Positions 1 to 12,112 of a DNA stretch of 64,000 nt are shown here, piece after piece. The position numbers and the translations under genes are program-made. The notes under the pieces are model-generated. The model saw nothing but the letters and a program-made list of their open reading frames with translations. It was not told where the DNA came from and made no database searches. This DNA comes from Sphaerodactylus townsendi. Its lineage: Eukaryota. Every line of letters starts with the position of its first letter. Within the stretch, counting starts at the first letter, position 1. The stretch is taken from the NCBI RefSeq assembly GCF_021028975.2, contig NC_059430.1:61256001-61320000 (forward strand), given 5' to 3'.

Positions 1-196
1 GTTTGAGGTGGTGAATACTCCTTTCTCCTGTGGAGAGATCTTTGCATGCTGTGCTTTGAAAAAGTACTTATATTGTGATGCTTTGAGAAAGTTCTTATAT
101 TGTGAGATAAGTATAAAGACAGTAGAGTCATCTGACTGTTTGGACCACAAATTTAATGATACAACTTGAATTTAGAACTTTGATTTTTGTGTTCAG

Positions 197-364
197 GCCA
201 ACATGTCTTTGGATTTTCTGGAATATAAATCCAATTTTGAGCCTTTCTTCATGATGATAGCAACTCCAGCTCCACACTCACCTTGGGTAGCTGCTCCTCA
301 GTACCAGAAGACCTTCCAAAATGTCAGTGCTCCAAGAAGCAGTAATTTTAATATTCATGGAAAG
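197..364 (+). CDS. GNS: GNS coding exon (human exon 6 equivalent), [30 protein letters not shown]...NIHGK
   Basis: ttcag acceptor at 195-196 and gtatgg donor at 365; 168 nt, phase 0/0; peptide closely matches recalled vertebrate N-acetylglucosamine-6-sulfatase ([15 protein letters not shown]). Confidence 0.97.
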
Positions 365-444
365 GTATGGATTTTTATCCCACTCAAATTGATATTGAGT
401 AATTTCGCTGGAAGTAAGCGGTGGAGTTGAGGAATAAATTTATG

Positions 445-585
445 ACTGTGGGCCCGGTTCATACTTTCAGCCTAGTCTACCTCTCATGGTTGTGAGGGTA
501 AAATGGAGGTGAGGACAATGATGTAAGCTGTTCTGGGTCCCCATTGGTGTGAAAGGCAAGATTTAAATAAAGTAAACAAATAATT
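445..585 (+). mobile_element. Degenerate squamate SINE 3' part (L2-tail/MIR-like)
   Basis: cagcctagtctacctc...ggttgtgagggtaaaa...gtaagctg...aaataaa pattern shared with copies near 50.6, 56.3 and 57.9 kb and the reverse copy at 39.2 kb. Confidence 0.55.
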
Positions 586-900
586 AAAACATAAAATGCA
601 GGACCATCGCTGGTAATCCTTTGGACTTTTCCATGTCTCAGTAATGACTTGAAAATATGATTTGTAAATTGGATAAGTATGGTGTTTTTTATTCTGTATT
701 TTGAGCTTTTAGGTTCAAATGTATGTTTGATTGTTATAATGTAGTAGGGTTTGTAGAATACTGGAGGTGACAGTTTGAAGTGGATCTGAGTAATCGGATG
801 CCGAAAGTAGATGTGTTCAGCATCCTACAAAGATCAAGAAAACTTGTCCAGCCTTGCATGAGTGGGGAGGGTATGAGTTAATGGATACTTTGTATAGTAC

Positions 901-974
901 AGCATGGCCAGTTGGCAGGGGCTGATGGGAATTGTAGTCCATAACATCTGGAGTGCCAAAGGTTCGCCACCATG
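901..974. mobile_element. Right half of palindromic hAT MITE
   Basis: Near-identical to the right arm of the complete MITE at 47544-47689 (ggcaggggctgatgggaattgtagtccataacatctggagtgccaaagg). Confidence 0.8.
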
Positions 975-1116
975 GGTATCGTATGTCACTCTATAGAATC
1001 AGTGAGCTCCTGTATTCCATTATGAGACTTGAGTAACCCAGTTTAGTGTTTCATTGTAGTTTTAATATTCCTTATCGTTGTATGTTGTTTGGTTACAAGA
1101 AAGTGATGCTCCAAAC

Positions 1117-2161
1117 CAGAGGCGTTCCTCCCATTGGGCAAAGTGGGCAGTTGCCCAGGGCGCCCCCTTATGGGGGGTGCAAAAACTACAGGTTCGTTGT
1201 ATTTTCAGTGTTTTTCCATTTTTGGTCTGCAGAGGGTGCAGTTTTTAGGCTAGCAGCACCAAAAATTCAGGGAATTTTTGGGAGACCCTCCTGATGATAT
1301 CAGCCAGATTTGGTGAGGTTTGGTTTAGGGAGTCCAAAGTTTTGAACTCTCAAAGGGTGTGCCCCCATCCCCCATTGTTTCCAATGGGAGCTAATAGGAG
1401 ATGGGGGCTACACCTTTGAGGGTCCATAACTTTGGACCCACTAAACCAAACTTCATCAAACCTGGGTGGTATCATCAGTAGTGTCTCACGAAGATACTTT
1501 GACGTTTTGGTTCTGCTATCTTAATAATTTTACCCCTGACAGCAGGCACCCCCTAAATTTCTCCAGATTCTTCTTCTAAATCCACCCCCTTCCTGCCAAT
1601 GCTTGTTTTCTTTCTTTCTTTTATTCTCTCAATGCCTAATAAAGGTTGTTGTTATTAAATCCACTCCCTTCGGCATGGATTTAAAGGGAGAATCTGAGGT
1701 ACCTAGTTTAAACATTGAAAGTGATACTGTTTCAGGGTGGGGGAGAATCCACCTCAAAACAGCATCACTTTCAATGTTGTTTAAACTGGACCCCAGATTC
1801 TCCCTTTAAGGTGGATTTAAAAGGAGAATGTAGGCTCCCTAGTTTAAACACCATTGAAAGTGATGGTGCTTCCCCCAATTGGGGGGACTGGATACAATAC
1901 CATAAAATGTTTTCCGAGCAGTAATAAAACATTTTGAAAGCATTTTGAAAATGTTTCAAAAATATTTCTGCTGTGTGTGGCATGGCCCATTGCTGTGTTC
2001 AGATTTGTGAATTGGGGCATGTTCTATAATGTGATGGTGACTTTGAAACAACCTGGTGGAAAAAATCATTGTTTGGTCATGGTGGGAGAGGGTGGCCGCC
2101 CATGGGGGGGCATCAAACTCAGGTTTTGCCCAGGGCTCCAGTTTGCCTAGGTACGTCACCA
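1117..2161. mobile_element. Non-autonomous hAT DNA transposon (~1045 bp)
   Basis: Exact 8-bp TSD ctccaaac at 1109-1116 and 2162-2169; CAGAGGCGT terminus; internal inverted segments; no ORF. Confidence 0.8.
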
Positions 2162-3011
2162 CTCCAAACTATCTTCACAGTGATAATCATATAGCCAGTG
2201 GTGAGCTAAAATGGCATTCCAGCTTCTTCTTTTGTTGGTAACCACTGTTTTAAGAAGTTTTAAGATATTTTATTGCTTTTAATTGGATGGAGCCTATGTA
2301 TTTGTTCTCTTATGTATGATTCGCTCCTTGTTTGACATTGTTGTTCACCACCCGGAGCCCTTCGGGGATCGGGCAGTATAGAAATCGAAACAATAAATAA
2401 AAATAAAATAACTGAAGTGTCTTGGAAGTTATCTGTCCTTCAGTTACTGTTGGATACTCTACTGTGAGGCAAGCAGTTTCGCTTTAGGACTTCCACTATG
2501 CTGCTTTAGACCAAACTCCTTTTGTAAAAGAAACTAGTTTAATATAAAAAGTCATATTTAGACTTCTTGCACTAAACTGCTTTAGAAGAATGCAAGCAAT
2601 AAACTGATAAACTAGGCAGTAGCAATCATTAAACATAAAAAGAGATGCTATTGTATTGCCTCTAATTATTGTATTATTGTATTGTCTCTATTACAGGAAA
2701 CTATAATCTTTTGGGTGTATTTGTGTTTTGGTTTGGTTTGTAGCTGTTAACTGGAAAAGTTATACATTTCTTACAACTTGATAACATTTGATTTATTTCT
2801 GACCCTCTCCTAAGGGCTCAGTATTGCTGGAAATCCACAAGTATAGAGTCTACAACCCTTCTTACACTATTCTGTCTAAAGGCGAGAAATAAAAAGGATT
2901 TACAAGGGATTTTTGTGGTTTAATATTACTGATTATTAATTATTACTGACCTGGAATTTTGAGCATAAGGAGGGATATAAATCTAAAGTAAGGTATATGT
3001 GTATTTTACAG

Positions 3012-3094
3012 GATAAGCATTGGCTCATCAGGCAAGCAAAGACTCCAATGACTAATTCATCAGTACAATTCCTAGACGCTGCTTTTAGGAAAAG
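3012..3094 (+). CDS. GNS: GNS exon 7 equivalent, [28 protein letters not shown]
   Basis: tttacag acceptor, gtagga donor, 83 nt; frame continues from the previous exon; [16 protein letters not shown] motif. Confidence 0.96.
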
Positions 3095-3880
3095 GTAGGA
3101 AAGTTTATGATAGTTTGAATTTTTTTGCAAAGCTGAGACCAAGTATGTCACAATGTCAAACACAAGTTTTGAGAAATGACTTGGTGACTCCTTTGGGAAC
3201 AAATTTTCAGTTTTTACAGGCATGCTGAGCTGACTGCTGTAACCTCTGTGAAATAATTCCCTCCCTTAACAAAGAGTCATTCAAATGGCCAAGATTGTTG
3301 TGTAATATGCTCACTATGTTACTTAGAAGGCATAGGTTATCCTCACAGCCCTAGCACAACCTGTAGATATTGTTAGGTAGTGTCTAAAGGCTGTTTTGGT
3401 GTTTGGTTCAGATTGGTAAATCTTATGGATTAGAATATAAAATCATTTCCATAACATTATGGATTTCAAAGTAATGGTTCTCAATAAATAACCAAATAGA
3501 ATTGTCTTGATTGTAGCTGTTAGCAGGAAAGAAAACATCATGTTGTTTAAAAGCACGTTAAGAATGTTCTTAAAAGGTCAACATTTCTATAAAACAGTCT
3601 CCTTTTAAAAACAATTAAGATTACCTTAAGATTTCACTCTGTCATGCTTTGAGCTAACTTAAGTGTTCATAGCCTGATCTATAGATGAGAATGCAGACTT
3701 TGTTTAACCTTTGGTCAGATGAATGATAGTGCAAGGATTTGTTTAGTGCTCTGCATTTCAGAGGTAGAAAGTAGTTCAATTCTGCAAAAAAAAATTGTTT
3801 CAAACTGACACTTGTATCATTGACTGTACCGGCCATTAGTTTTGTAAAGGTTCAATTTGAATAATCTTGTTCATACATAG

Positions 3881-3999
3881 ATGGCAGACTCTACTATCAG
3901 TGGATGATATGGTAGAAAAACTTGTGAAGACATTGCAATTCCACGGGGAACTGGATAATACGTACATCTTTTTCACATCTGATAATGGTTTTCATACAG
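3881..3999 (+). CDS. GNS: GNS exon 8 equivalent, [15 protein letters not shown]...[13 protein letters not shown]
   Basis: catag acceptor, gtaaaa donor, 119 nt; contains the sulfatase metal-binding TSDNG motif. Confidence 0.97.
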
Positions 4000-4407
4000 G
4001 TAAAAAATAGTTGGCAAAACTGAATGGTTTAAAAGTCCTTAGTTAAATGCTTCGACTTCCACTTACTTCATGAAGTCCTTGGGACTAAAGTGTCTGGAAA
4101 CTGATAATGAAATTGTCAAGAGAGAGATATAAGCAAGAGAAGTTAAAGAAATTAATCCATTTTATCTTTAAATCTAGATATTTTCTCCTGTTTTTAATAT
4201 TCCTCCTGTTTAAATTTTGGAAGTCAAAATGACCTTGGGATTGTTTTTTTGTTTTTTTTAAGAAAAGATGTTTTAGCCATTATAATATATACACAACATT
4301 TTACATGGCACTTCCATATAGGCATTTGGAATCCCTTCAAAAAAGATTGCAGACAACTATGAGAACTGATGGATTGGGCCTTGGAAATCATTGGCAGGCA
4401 GACGTGA

Positions 4408-4710
<303 letters not shown>

Positions 4711-4876
4711 TGAGCAGAGCAATGCATTTTAGGGTATGGTTTCATAAAACTGCTGTCATAACATAGATGTTGAGGAATTTGTGAGTGGAGTTGAAAATGT
4801 TCACGTAATGTTTTGCTATGTAAATATTTTGAGCACTTTTTCTGTAAATTAACTTGAGGTTTTATATGTGTTTGCT

Positions 4877-5469
4877 GTGGTTTAAAATGCAGGCCTCTAA
4901 GGTAAGAAGGGGGCTGGATGGGTAAGTGAAGTGTATGATGATTGGATGGCAGCCATATCCTACAAGGTGGGGTTGTCTGGGTTTGTTCAGAGAATTTGTG
5001 TCAGAAGGAAGAGAAGGGAGAGTTCAGTTAGAGAGATCGAGTGATGTGCTGTGGATTCAGAGAAGATTGTGTTCCTTGTGTGTAAGGCATGTGTAATAAT
5101 GAGAAAAAAATCTTTATAATTAGGTTATAAAGTTAAGAAACTTTAAGTAGAAAAAAGATGGCATCTACCACTGTTGCAACCAATTCTCAAAGAAACCAAT
5201 ATACTTTTGGACCACACTGAAATAATTACCCAGTTATACATCTGAATAAACTCTCTTTCTGTTTAACTAAAAACAGCAGTTTTATTTATAATAAACAATC
5301 CACTTTTACCTCACAGCCAGTCCAATGCTTTACCTGGTTTGTCAATCTACCCAGTATAACTAAGCCATCCTGTTCTTCAGGTTAAACTAAGAAGTCTAAG
5401 GTGAGAGCCTTTAGTGGCAGGGAAAATTATTAGAGAACACTAAGAAAATTTAGGAGATAATATATTACA
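4877..5469 (+). mobile_element. Possible solo LTR (Gypsy/ERV-like)
   Basis: TGT...ACA ends, purine-rich 5' part, AATAAA at ~5245 and ~5290; no TSD found, so tentative. Confidence 0.3.
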
Positions 5470-6083
5470 AATCATAGAATCATACAGTTGGAAGAGACCT
5501 CAAGGGCCATCAAGTCCAATCCCCTGCCATCAGAGGCGTAGCTCCAAGGGGGCCTGGAGGTGCGCAACGTACTGGGCAAGCACCCCTGTGGGAGTGTGGC
5601 GAGGGCGTTCCAGGGGCGTGGCGGGGGTGGGGATGGAGGATGCACCAGTACACCGGGTGCTTTTCCTCCTTGCTATGCCTTTGCCTGCCATGCAGGAATA
5701 CACAATCAAAACACTCCTGACAGATGGCCATCCAGCCTCTCAGTTTTAAAATCTCCAAAGAAGAAGACTACACCACACTCTGCGGCAGCGTATTCCACTT
5801 TTGAATAGCCCTTACTGTCAGGAAGCTCTTCCAAATGTTTAGGTGAAATTTCTTTGCCTGTACCTTGAACCCATTACTCCTTGTTCTAGTCTCTGGAGCA
5901 GCAGAAAAACAAACTTGTTCCATCTTCAACATGACATCGCTTCAAATCTTTAAACATGGCTATCATGTCACTTCTTAACCTTCTCTTCTCCACACTGAAC
6001 ATGCCTAGCTAGCTGCCTAAGTCGCTTCTCATAGAGCATGGAATCCAGACCTTTTACTATTTTGGTCGCCCTCCTCTGAACCT
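5470..6083 (-). mobile_element. CR1 LINE 3' fragment interrupted by a hAT MITE
   Basis: (ATTCTATG)n-type tail in reverse (atcatagaatcata); 3' UTR matches the CR1 tail at 31334-31504; reverse strand resembles the CR1 ORF2 C-terminus. Confidence 0.85.
5531..5683. mobile_element. hAT MITE (153 bp) nested in CR1
   Basis: Exact TSD cctgccat at 5523-5530 and 5684-5691; TIRs cagaggcgtagc / gctatgcctttg. Confidence 0.85.
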
Positions 6084-6444
6084 AATGATCATTTCAGATC
6101 ATTATAGAGAGTTGCCATGTGTTACATACTTCTTGTAAAATTTGCTGAACAGCTATTGCTTCTCATTTAGCTCTGCCAAGTAGTCCATAAAAGCTTAACT
6201 TTTAGAAGGATACCACGAGGTGGCCACTTCAATGGCAGGGTAGACAGAGGGAGTGATAAGAACAGTTGCCACTGACCCGAATCTCTGACAATATGTATTT
6301 GTAATTCGGTAGGTATAGTAGAAAGTTGCACAAGTGACAAAAGTTAATGTGATAGCTAATATGTTTGGGGTTTTTAATACAATTCTCTGCTTCATTTGAG
6401 TTTTACTTAGAAAATCTATCATATTTTTCCCTCATGCCTTCTAG

Positions 6445-6621
<177 letters not shown>

Positions 6622-7215
6622 TAAGTTTATAAAGTGAATTATCATCTGTTTCCTTTGCTCATATTTTCACTGTGTTAACTAGAATGGTTGGTATATTTCT
6701 TGAAAAGAAGCTGCTTTTCAATTAAAAGGGAAGGAGATGGCATCTTGATGCAGTTTGGCCCTATAATTGGTTATAGAATGGGAAATGAAGACAGAGGTTG
6801 TTCAAGAAATATTTCAGAAGAGTCAAAACCATAAAAGTACATATTATAACATGTGAAAGTGGCACAATGTATGCATAGTGGAGTATACGTCTGATTTAAA
6901 CTTGTACCATTTTCATTGTGTCTATTGCAGAGACAGCACCTTTAGGAGAGATTCGGGTAATAAGTGTTCCTTAGGTATGGTTTGTGTTAACTCAAGTTGT
7001 TCAAAGTTATAGCAGTCCTCCATCATAAAACTACAAGATGTATTGGCTCTGGGTTTCTTCATATTTACATTTCTGCTGCTGTCACATGATTAAGCTTAAT
7101 CTCTACAATTATGATGGCTAAAAGCACTTTCATCCAGGAAGCTTACATTCTATTCATTCCACAAATTTGTGAGAAAAAGAATCAGCTACCTATTTTTTAT
7201 TACTTTTTTTTGTAG

Positions 7216-7323
7216 AGAGGAGATGCAAATGTGACCTGGAGATCAGATGTTTTGATTGAATACCAAGGAGAAGGGCACAACAGCAGCGATCCTACCTGTC
7301 CTGCCCTTGGGCCTGGTGTCACT
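7216..7323 (+). CDS. GNS: GNS exon 11 equivalent, [20 protein letters not shown]...CPALGPGVT
   Basis: Poly-T tract plus gtag acceptor, gtacgt donor, 108 nt; [13 protein letters not shown] motif. Confidence 0.96.
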
Positions 7324-7473
7324 GTACGTGTTCCTGAAAACTGTTTTATAGGAATATTACAATAAATTTGGAAGTAGTTTAAGAATCAGTGGTGTGGTTA
7401 GAGATGCAAATCCTATAACCTTTTCATTTACATTTATGTGAAGTGCCACTCAATCTAACCACTTTTTTTATAG

Positions 7474-7584
7474 CATTGTTTTCCAGATTGTGTTTGTGAA
7501 GATGCTTACAACAACACTTATGCATGCGTACGGACGCTCTCGGCTTTGTGGAATCTGCAGTACTGTGAATTTGATGATCGGGAG
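7474..7584 (+). CDS. GNS: GNS exon 12 equivalent, [37 protein letters not shown]
   Basis: tatag acceptor, gtaatt donor, 111 nt; [20 protein letters not shown] motif. Confidence 0.97.
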
Positions 7585-8671
7585 GTAATTCTTTGTTCTT
7601 CTGTGTCTTCTTGGCTATATAGAATTAACACTAACTCCTTCAATTCTCACTATATAATATGGATAAAAATATAATGGGTATGAAAGTTTGTAAGAGGAAA
7701 TATTTGTTGTGGGATTTGTGTAAATAACTTTTGGAATGAGATTAATCATGTACATCATGATAACTAATCAAGTAAATTCAGTGCCATTACCTAATGCAGT
7801 AGAAAAACATTGTATTAACCAGCCTCTAAAAAGGGCATTTTTAGGTCTTTGTGTATTTGATCATCCTGTCTGTGTTTTAACTTCATTAGTTGTGCAGAAA
7901 ATCTTTGGATATTAGTCAGAATAGTGTAACAGGCTGCTTACCTGTAATTTGTAGTGTTTGAAAAGTTATCTGTCTAGTCACACAGAAACTTGAGCCTGTG
8001 CAGAGTCTCACGTAGAATCTTGTTTAGATCTATTTTAAAGCTATTTTAGGTGGTCAGAAAATAGCCTTCAGTAGACAATCAAATTTGCTAGAGACTAACA
8101 ATCTGAAAGCAGAATCTAGTGCTCAAAGATATTCTAAGGAAATTGTGTGAGATTTAGCTCACGAAAGCTCACCATTAGGTGAAAGTGTATATAGTGTGTG
8201 TAAGAGAGAATAAGGTGCTGTTCAAATGTAGGTCGTATGCCTGGACTTACAGTGAGTTGTAAGTTCTATATTGTCAGGGTGAAAAAAGGTATACATTTTC
8301 CATACGTATTTAGCCAGAAACATGATCGTGATATCACTTTGCCAGATCTAGTCTTATCTAAAGAATCTTCAGTGACTGTACTGGTACTCCCTATTAAAAT
8401 CCATATTGCATGAAATATCCAAAAAAATCCATAAATGCATGAAAGCATTTCATTTTTGATGGGTTCAGGATAGAAAATCTTGGCTAGGGCTGCATTTGTG
8501 GCTGAATTTCTAATTGAGTGAGCTAATGGCTGTCCTTGACATAGGATTCCCTAAGTTTGGGATACTTATGTTAATGAATAGAACTGGGTTCTTCTGATTT
8601 TGTATGATCTCAGTGTGTAGGTCTTTAGTGCGTACCTAACATCTATGTTGTGCCACCATATCTCCCTAGAG

Positions 8672-8819
8672 CAGTGGTGGCGAACCTATGACACTCCAGA
8701 TGTTCATGGACTACAATTCCCATCAGCCCCTGCCAGCATGACCAACTGGCCATGCTGGCTGGGGCTGATGGGAATTGTAGTCCATGAACATCTGGAATGC
8801 CATAGGTTTGCCACCATGG
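8672..8819. mobile_element. Palindromic hAT (Charlie/Buster-type) MITE, 148 bp
   Basis: Exact TSD ccctagag at 8664-8671 and 8820-8827; the whole element is a fold-back; TIR CAGTGGTGGCGAACC. Confidence 0.92.
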
Positions 8820-9752
8820 CCCTAGAGTGAGTGGGCCTAGAATAGAATGATGAAAGATGTATTTCCTGCATCGACAGCTTTGGTTTGAATGTTGGATCAG
8901 TGTGTAACTCCACCTTGTCCTGTGGCTAGAGGAGCAATTGCCATCTCTTGGAGGATTGAAAACCATTGCCATTGTGGCCAGTGAGGGACCACTAGTATTA
9001 TCTGAGCTCTCTGTCCCCGTGCCTTACACTGGAGTTTTGGCAGAATTGGGGTTGGTGGGAATACATAAAACAGACCCTTTGGTCAATTCAAAATGAGGGC
9101 ATCGGTAGCTTTCACCCAAGGACAAAGGTATCTGGTCATGAATCTTGGATCTTAATGGTTGCCTACACTTGCATATAAGTCCATGTTAGGTAGACTGAAC
9201 TGAGTCACAATCATCTGGAACGAAGATCTCTTCAGTTACCATTTCATGTCTGATATTCATTGGTGGTTCAATCAAATCTGCCTGAAGGTTTAGCTTGCCC
9301 TTCACATGCTCCACTTGGATTGACAGGAGGTATTTCTGTGCCCATCTGAGTATCCTGATGGCCTCTGTGTGAAGGTGGGATGATTTGGAGCTTCTCTGAT
9401 AGTTCAGGTACATTTTGGCAGCTATATTGTCCCCCTCAGCGCTAGAGCGTAGTGTTGTAGCACTAAAAAGATAGCCTGAGTCTCTAGGACGTTGCTAGGG
9501 AGTCTTGACTCTAAAGAGGACCAATGACTCTGTACCAGCAGGTTGTCATTCACAGCTCCCCAGCCCTGCAGGCTGTCATCTGAAAATGAGAAGGCCCATA
9601 AGTTTGGCTAACAGCATGGGCAAGGAGGTTCTGCTCTTTATAACCTCCATAGACAAGTGTTGAATCTTGGCAGCTTTGTTTTTCGAAATAAAGAGAGAAT
9701 TGCAGGAGGAGTCGGTCAAAAACCCGAGGACCTTGGTGGTCCATTGTTGCAC

Positions 9753-9817
9753 AGGATGTATAGGATATTGTTGCATAGGATGTATAGGATATTTGCATAG
9801 GATGTATAGGATATTTA
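9753..9817. repeat. Short tandem repeat, ~3 copies of gcataggatgtataggatatt(t)
   Basis: Directly visible 21-24 bp units. Confidence 0.8.
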
Positions 9818-10171
9818 TCACAAATCTGTGCACCTGTAGGAACTTGATGGTCCTTTATGTGTGTGGTCTCTGAAGTTGTTCAGAAGTCAAGACAGGGATG
9901 GATATGGAATCCTTCCTCTCATAACCTCATTATGGGAGACTACAGAACCTTGGGCCTTTCGAGGGGCCACAGGACAGATCCCTGAATTAGTAGTGTTGAT
10001 CTGCTACCACAGATCTGAGAAACTGACTGTGCTCCTGAAAAACAGGGACATGTGAGCCATGTATTCAAATTTTAATTACATTTGATTGTAGTGCCTTAAG
10101 CATGGACCTTCAGCAGTGTGTTCTTGCTTTGTTGAAGTAAACATGGATATTCAGATTAGTATTTATATAGT

Positions 10172-10664
10172 TGTCCAGGGACAAGGCTGCCTCCCAGTAC
10201 CAGGCAGCTTGTTCCACCCCTTTCCTAGTCACAGACACCCACCTACGGACCACAACTGGCAGCCCCACCCCTGGACTAACTAGCAGGATCAGGAACATCC
10301 AGGAAGCCAGGAGCTGGGAGAGACTGCAGAGAAATGGCAGGAGAGCCTTTGCAGCAAGAACAAGCCTCAGCAATTACAGGGTAAAAGGTGGAGACAGCAC
10401 AGCCCTGGCCAAGTTCCAGTCAGCAGCCCATTGAAACCTTACTTAGAGAATGGGGCCCAGCCAGCACAGCTCCAGCCAGGCTGCAATCAAGGGGGGTGGG
10501 GCAGGAAGGCTTAAGAGCCAGTACCCTGCTGGCAGAGCAAGACAAGCAAAGAGCCTGTGAATAGAAGCCAGAGTCTTGTCTTATTTGACCCAAGAGGGGA
10601 GCAGAACCCCTACGAGGCCAAGGTAACCTACCCTGCAGGGTGGCTGGCAGAGGGGGCGCTCACA
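10172..10664 (+). mobile_element. Possible solo LTR (~490 bp)
   Basis: TGT...CACA ends; GC/purine-rich block sharply bounded by AT-rich intron; TATA-like ttaaga (~10511) followed by aataga; no TSD confirmed. Confidence 0.4.
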
Positions 10665-10665
10665 G

Positions 10666-10856
10666 CAGAGGTGGGACCAACCAGTTCTCATCACTTATCT
10701 AGAAGTGGTTACTAATTTTTTCTGAGTGCCGAGAAGGGGTTACTATAGCAACCTCCCTGCCCAATAGGGACTGGAGGTGCATGTGTGCGGCGGTGCCACT
10801 GTTTGAATCCCACCACCATCGGAACCTGTTATTAAAATTTTTGGATCCCACCATTG
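10666..10856. mobile_element. hAT (Tip100-like) MITE, 191 bp
   Basis: Exact TSD gctcacag at 10658-10665 and 10857-10864; TIRs cagaggtggga / tcccaccattg; close reverse copy at 34868-35059. Confidence 0.9.
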
Positions 10857-11047
10857 GCTCACAGTAATATTAAACGATATTGCTTCATCATATAGCTGAA
10901 ACCAGGCCAGTGACAGACTTTGCATAGGTATGAATTTGTCATAATCTGAGCCCAATATTGTTGGATTAGTGAAAACTTGATCCAAGATCAGTTCCAATTC
11001 TGCCATCTTCTTCGCTAAACATACGTGGGTAAAGTGTAAAACTAGGC

Positions 11048-11514
11048 CAATGATGGCGAACCTTTTTGAGACCGAGTGCCCAAATTGCAACCCAAACCCA
11101 ACTTATTTATTGCAAAGTGCCAACCCAGCAATTTAGTCTGAATGCTGAGGTTTTAGTTTAGAAAAAACCAGTTGGCTCCTTCTTCCTCTGCCCCACCCAC
11201 TCAAGCAGGGGCCAGTCTACTCTATCCTCCAACAAGTCCCGCGCACACCGCTCTGTGCCTCTCTAGCATCTCTGTCTCGTCTGCACCCCCCCCCTTGGGC
11301 AGCAGCCACCCGGAGCACAGGCACCAGGCCCGCCAGCCAAGTCCTCCCTGCCCACCGTGGTGCGCGTGTTGTGCTCAGTGGCCCAGGCCAGCCTATATGT
11401 GTCTGTGTGTGGGGGATTTTCCGCCCCCCACATGAGGAACTTTGTGTGCGCTTGCCCACAGAGAGGGCTCCGAGTGCCACCTCTGGCGCCTGTGCCATAG
11501 GTTCGCCATCACTG
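11048..11514. mobile_element. Non-autonomous hAT (Charlie/Buster-type), 467 bp
   Basis: Exact TSD aactaggc at 11040-11047 and 11515-11522; TIRs caatgatggcgaacc / ggttcgccatcactg. Confidence 0.9.
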
Positions 11515-11628
11515 AACTAGGCTGAGCTGTAGTTGTTTATTAGTGACAAGATTATATTTGGCCTAGGGTTAGGCTTGTTCCATGTGAAAAATTATCTGTA
11601 TTAAGAAAGCATAACAATTTGTTTTGCA

Positions 11629-11867
11629 CAGTGGTACCTCACGTTTCGTCGCCTTCAAGTTTCGTCGCCTTCGGGTTTCGCCGGTTGCTCCTGGCCGGTT
11701 TTTTGTCTCAGGTTTCACCGGTCATCTTGGGAATCATTTACACAAACAGCGTAAATTTACGCCATTTGCGTAGCGCATGCGCAAACGGCGTAACCTCAGG
11801 TTTTGCTGGTTTCGGGTTTCGCCAAGCATCACCAGACAGATTACTGGCGACACCCGAGGTTTGACTG
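11629..11867. mobile_element. Tc1/mariner (Tigger/pogo-like) MITE
   Basis: CAGTGGTACCTC...GAGGTTTGACTG termini, TA on the right (CA on the left); CpG-rich; central palindrome gcgcatgcgc. Confidence 0.7.
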
Positions 11868-11951
11868 TATTAGTTATGATGATGGATAATGATGTTCATT
11901 GAAAAATACATTTGCTGCAAATGCAAATATGCCTGTTTTGCCTTTTTGCAG

Positions 11952-12112
11952 GTATTTGTTGAAGTTTATAACTTGACTGCTGATCCACACCAGCTAAATA
12001 ACATTGCAAAAACAATAGATCAAGAAATCTTAGAAAAAATGAACTATCGACTAATGATGATGCAGTCCTGTTCTGGATCTACTTGTCGCACACCTGGAGT
12101 ATTTGACCCAGG
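11952..12112 (+). CDS. GNS: GNS exon 13 equivalent, [20 protein letters not shown]...[16 protein letters not shown]
   Basis: tttgcag acceptor, gtaaac donor, 161 nt ending in phase 2; EVYNLTADP motif. Confidence 0.97.

Larger units (their letters stand above)
7930..10060 (-). mobile_element. Degraded DIRS1-like (tyrosine recombinase) retrotransposon
   Basis: ORF 9186-9413(-) YLNYQRSSKSSHLHTEAIRILRWAQKYLLSIQVEHVKGKLNLQADL resembles the DIRS RNase H region (YINxQG...HIPGxxNxxAD); terminal cttacctgtaa...atctgt..agtcacac motif at ~7937-7985. Boundaries approximate. Confidence 0.65.
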
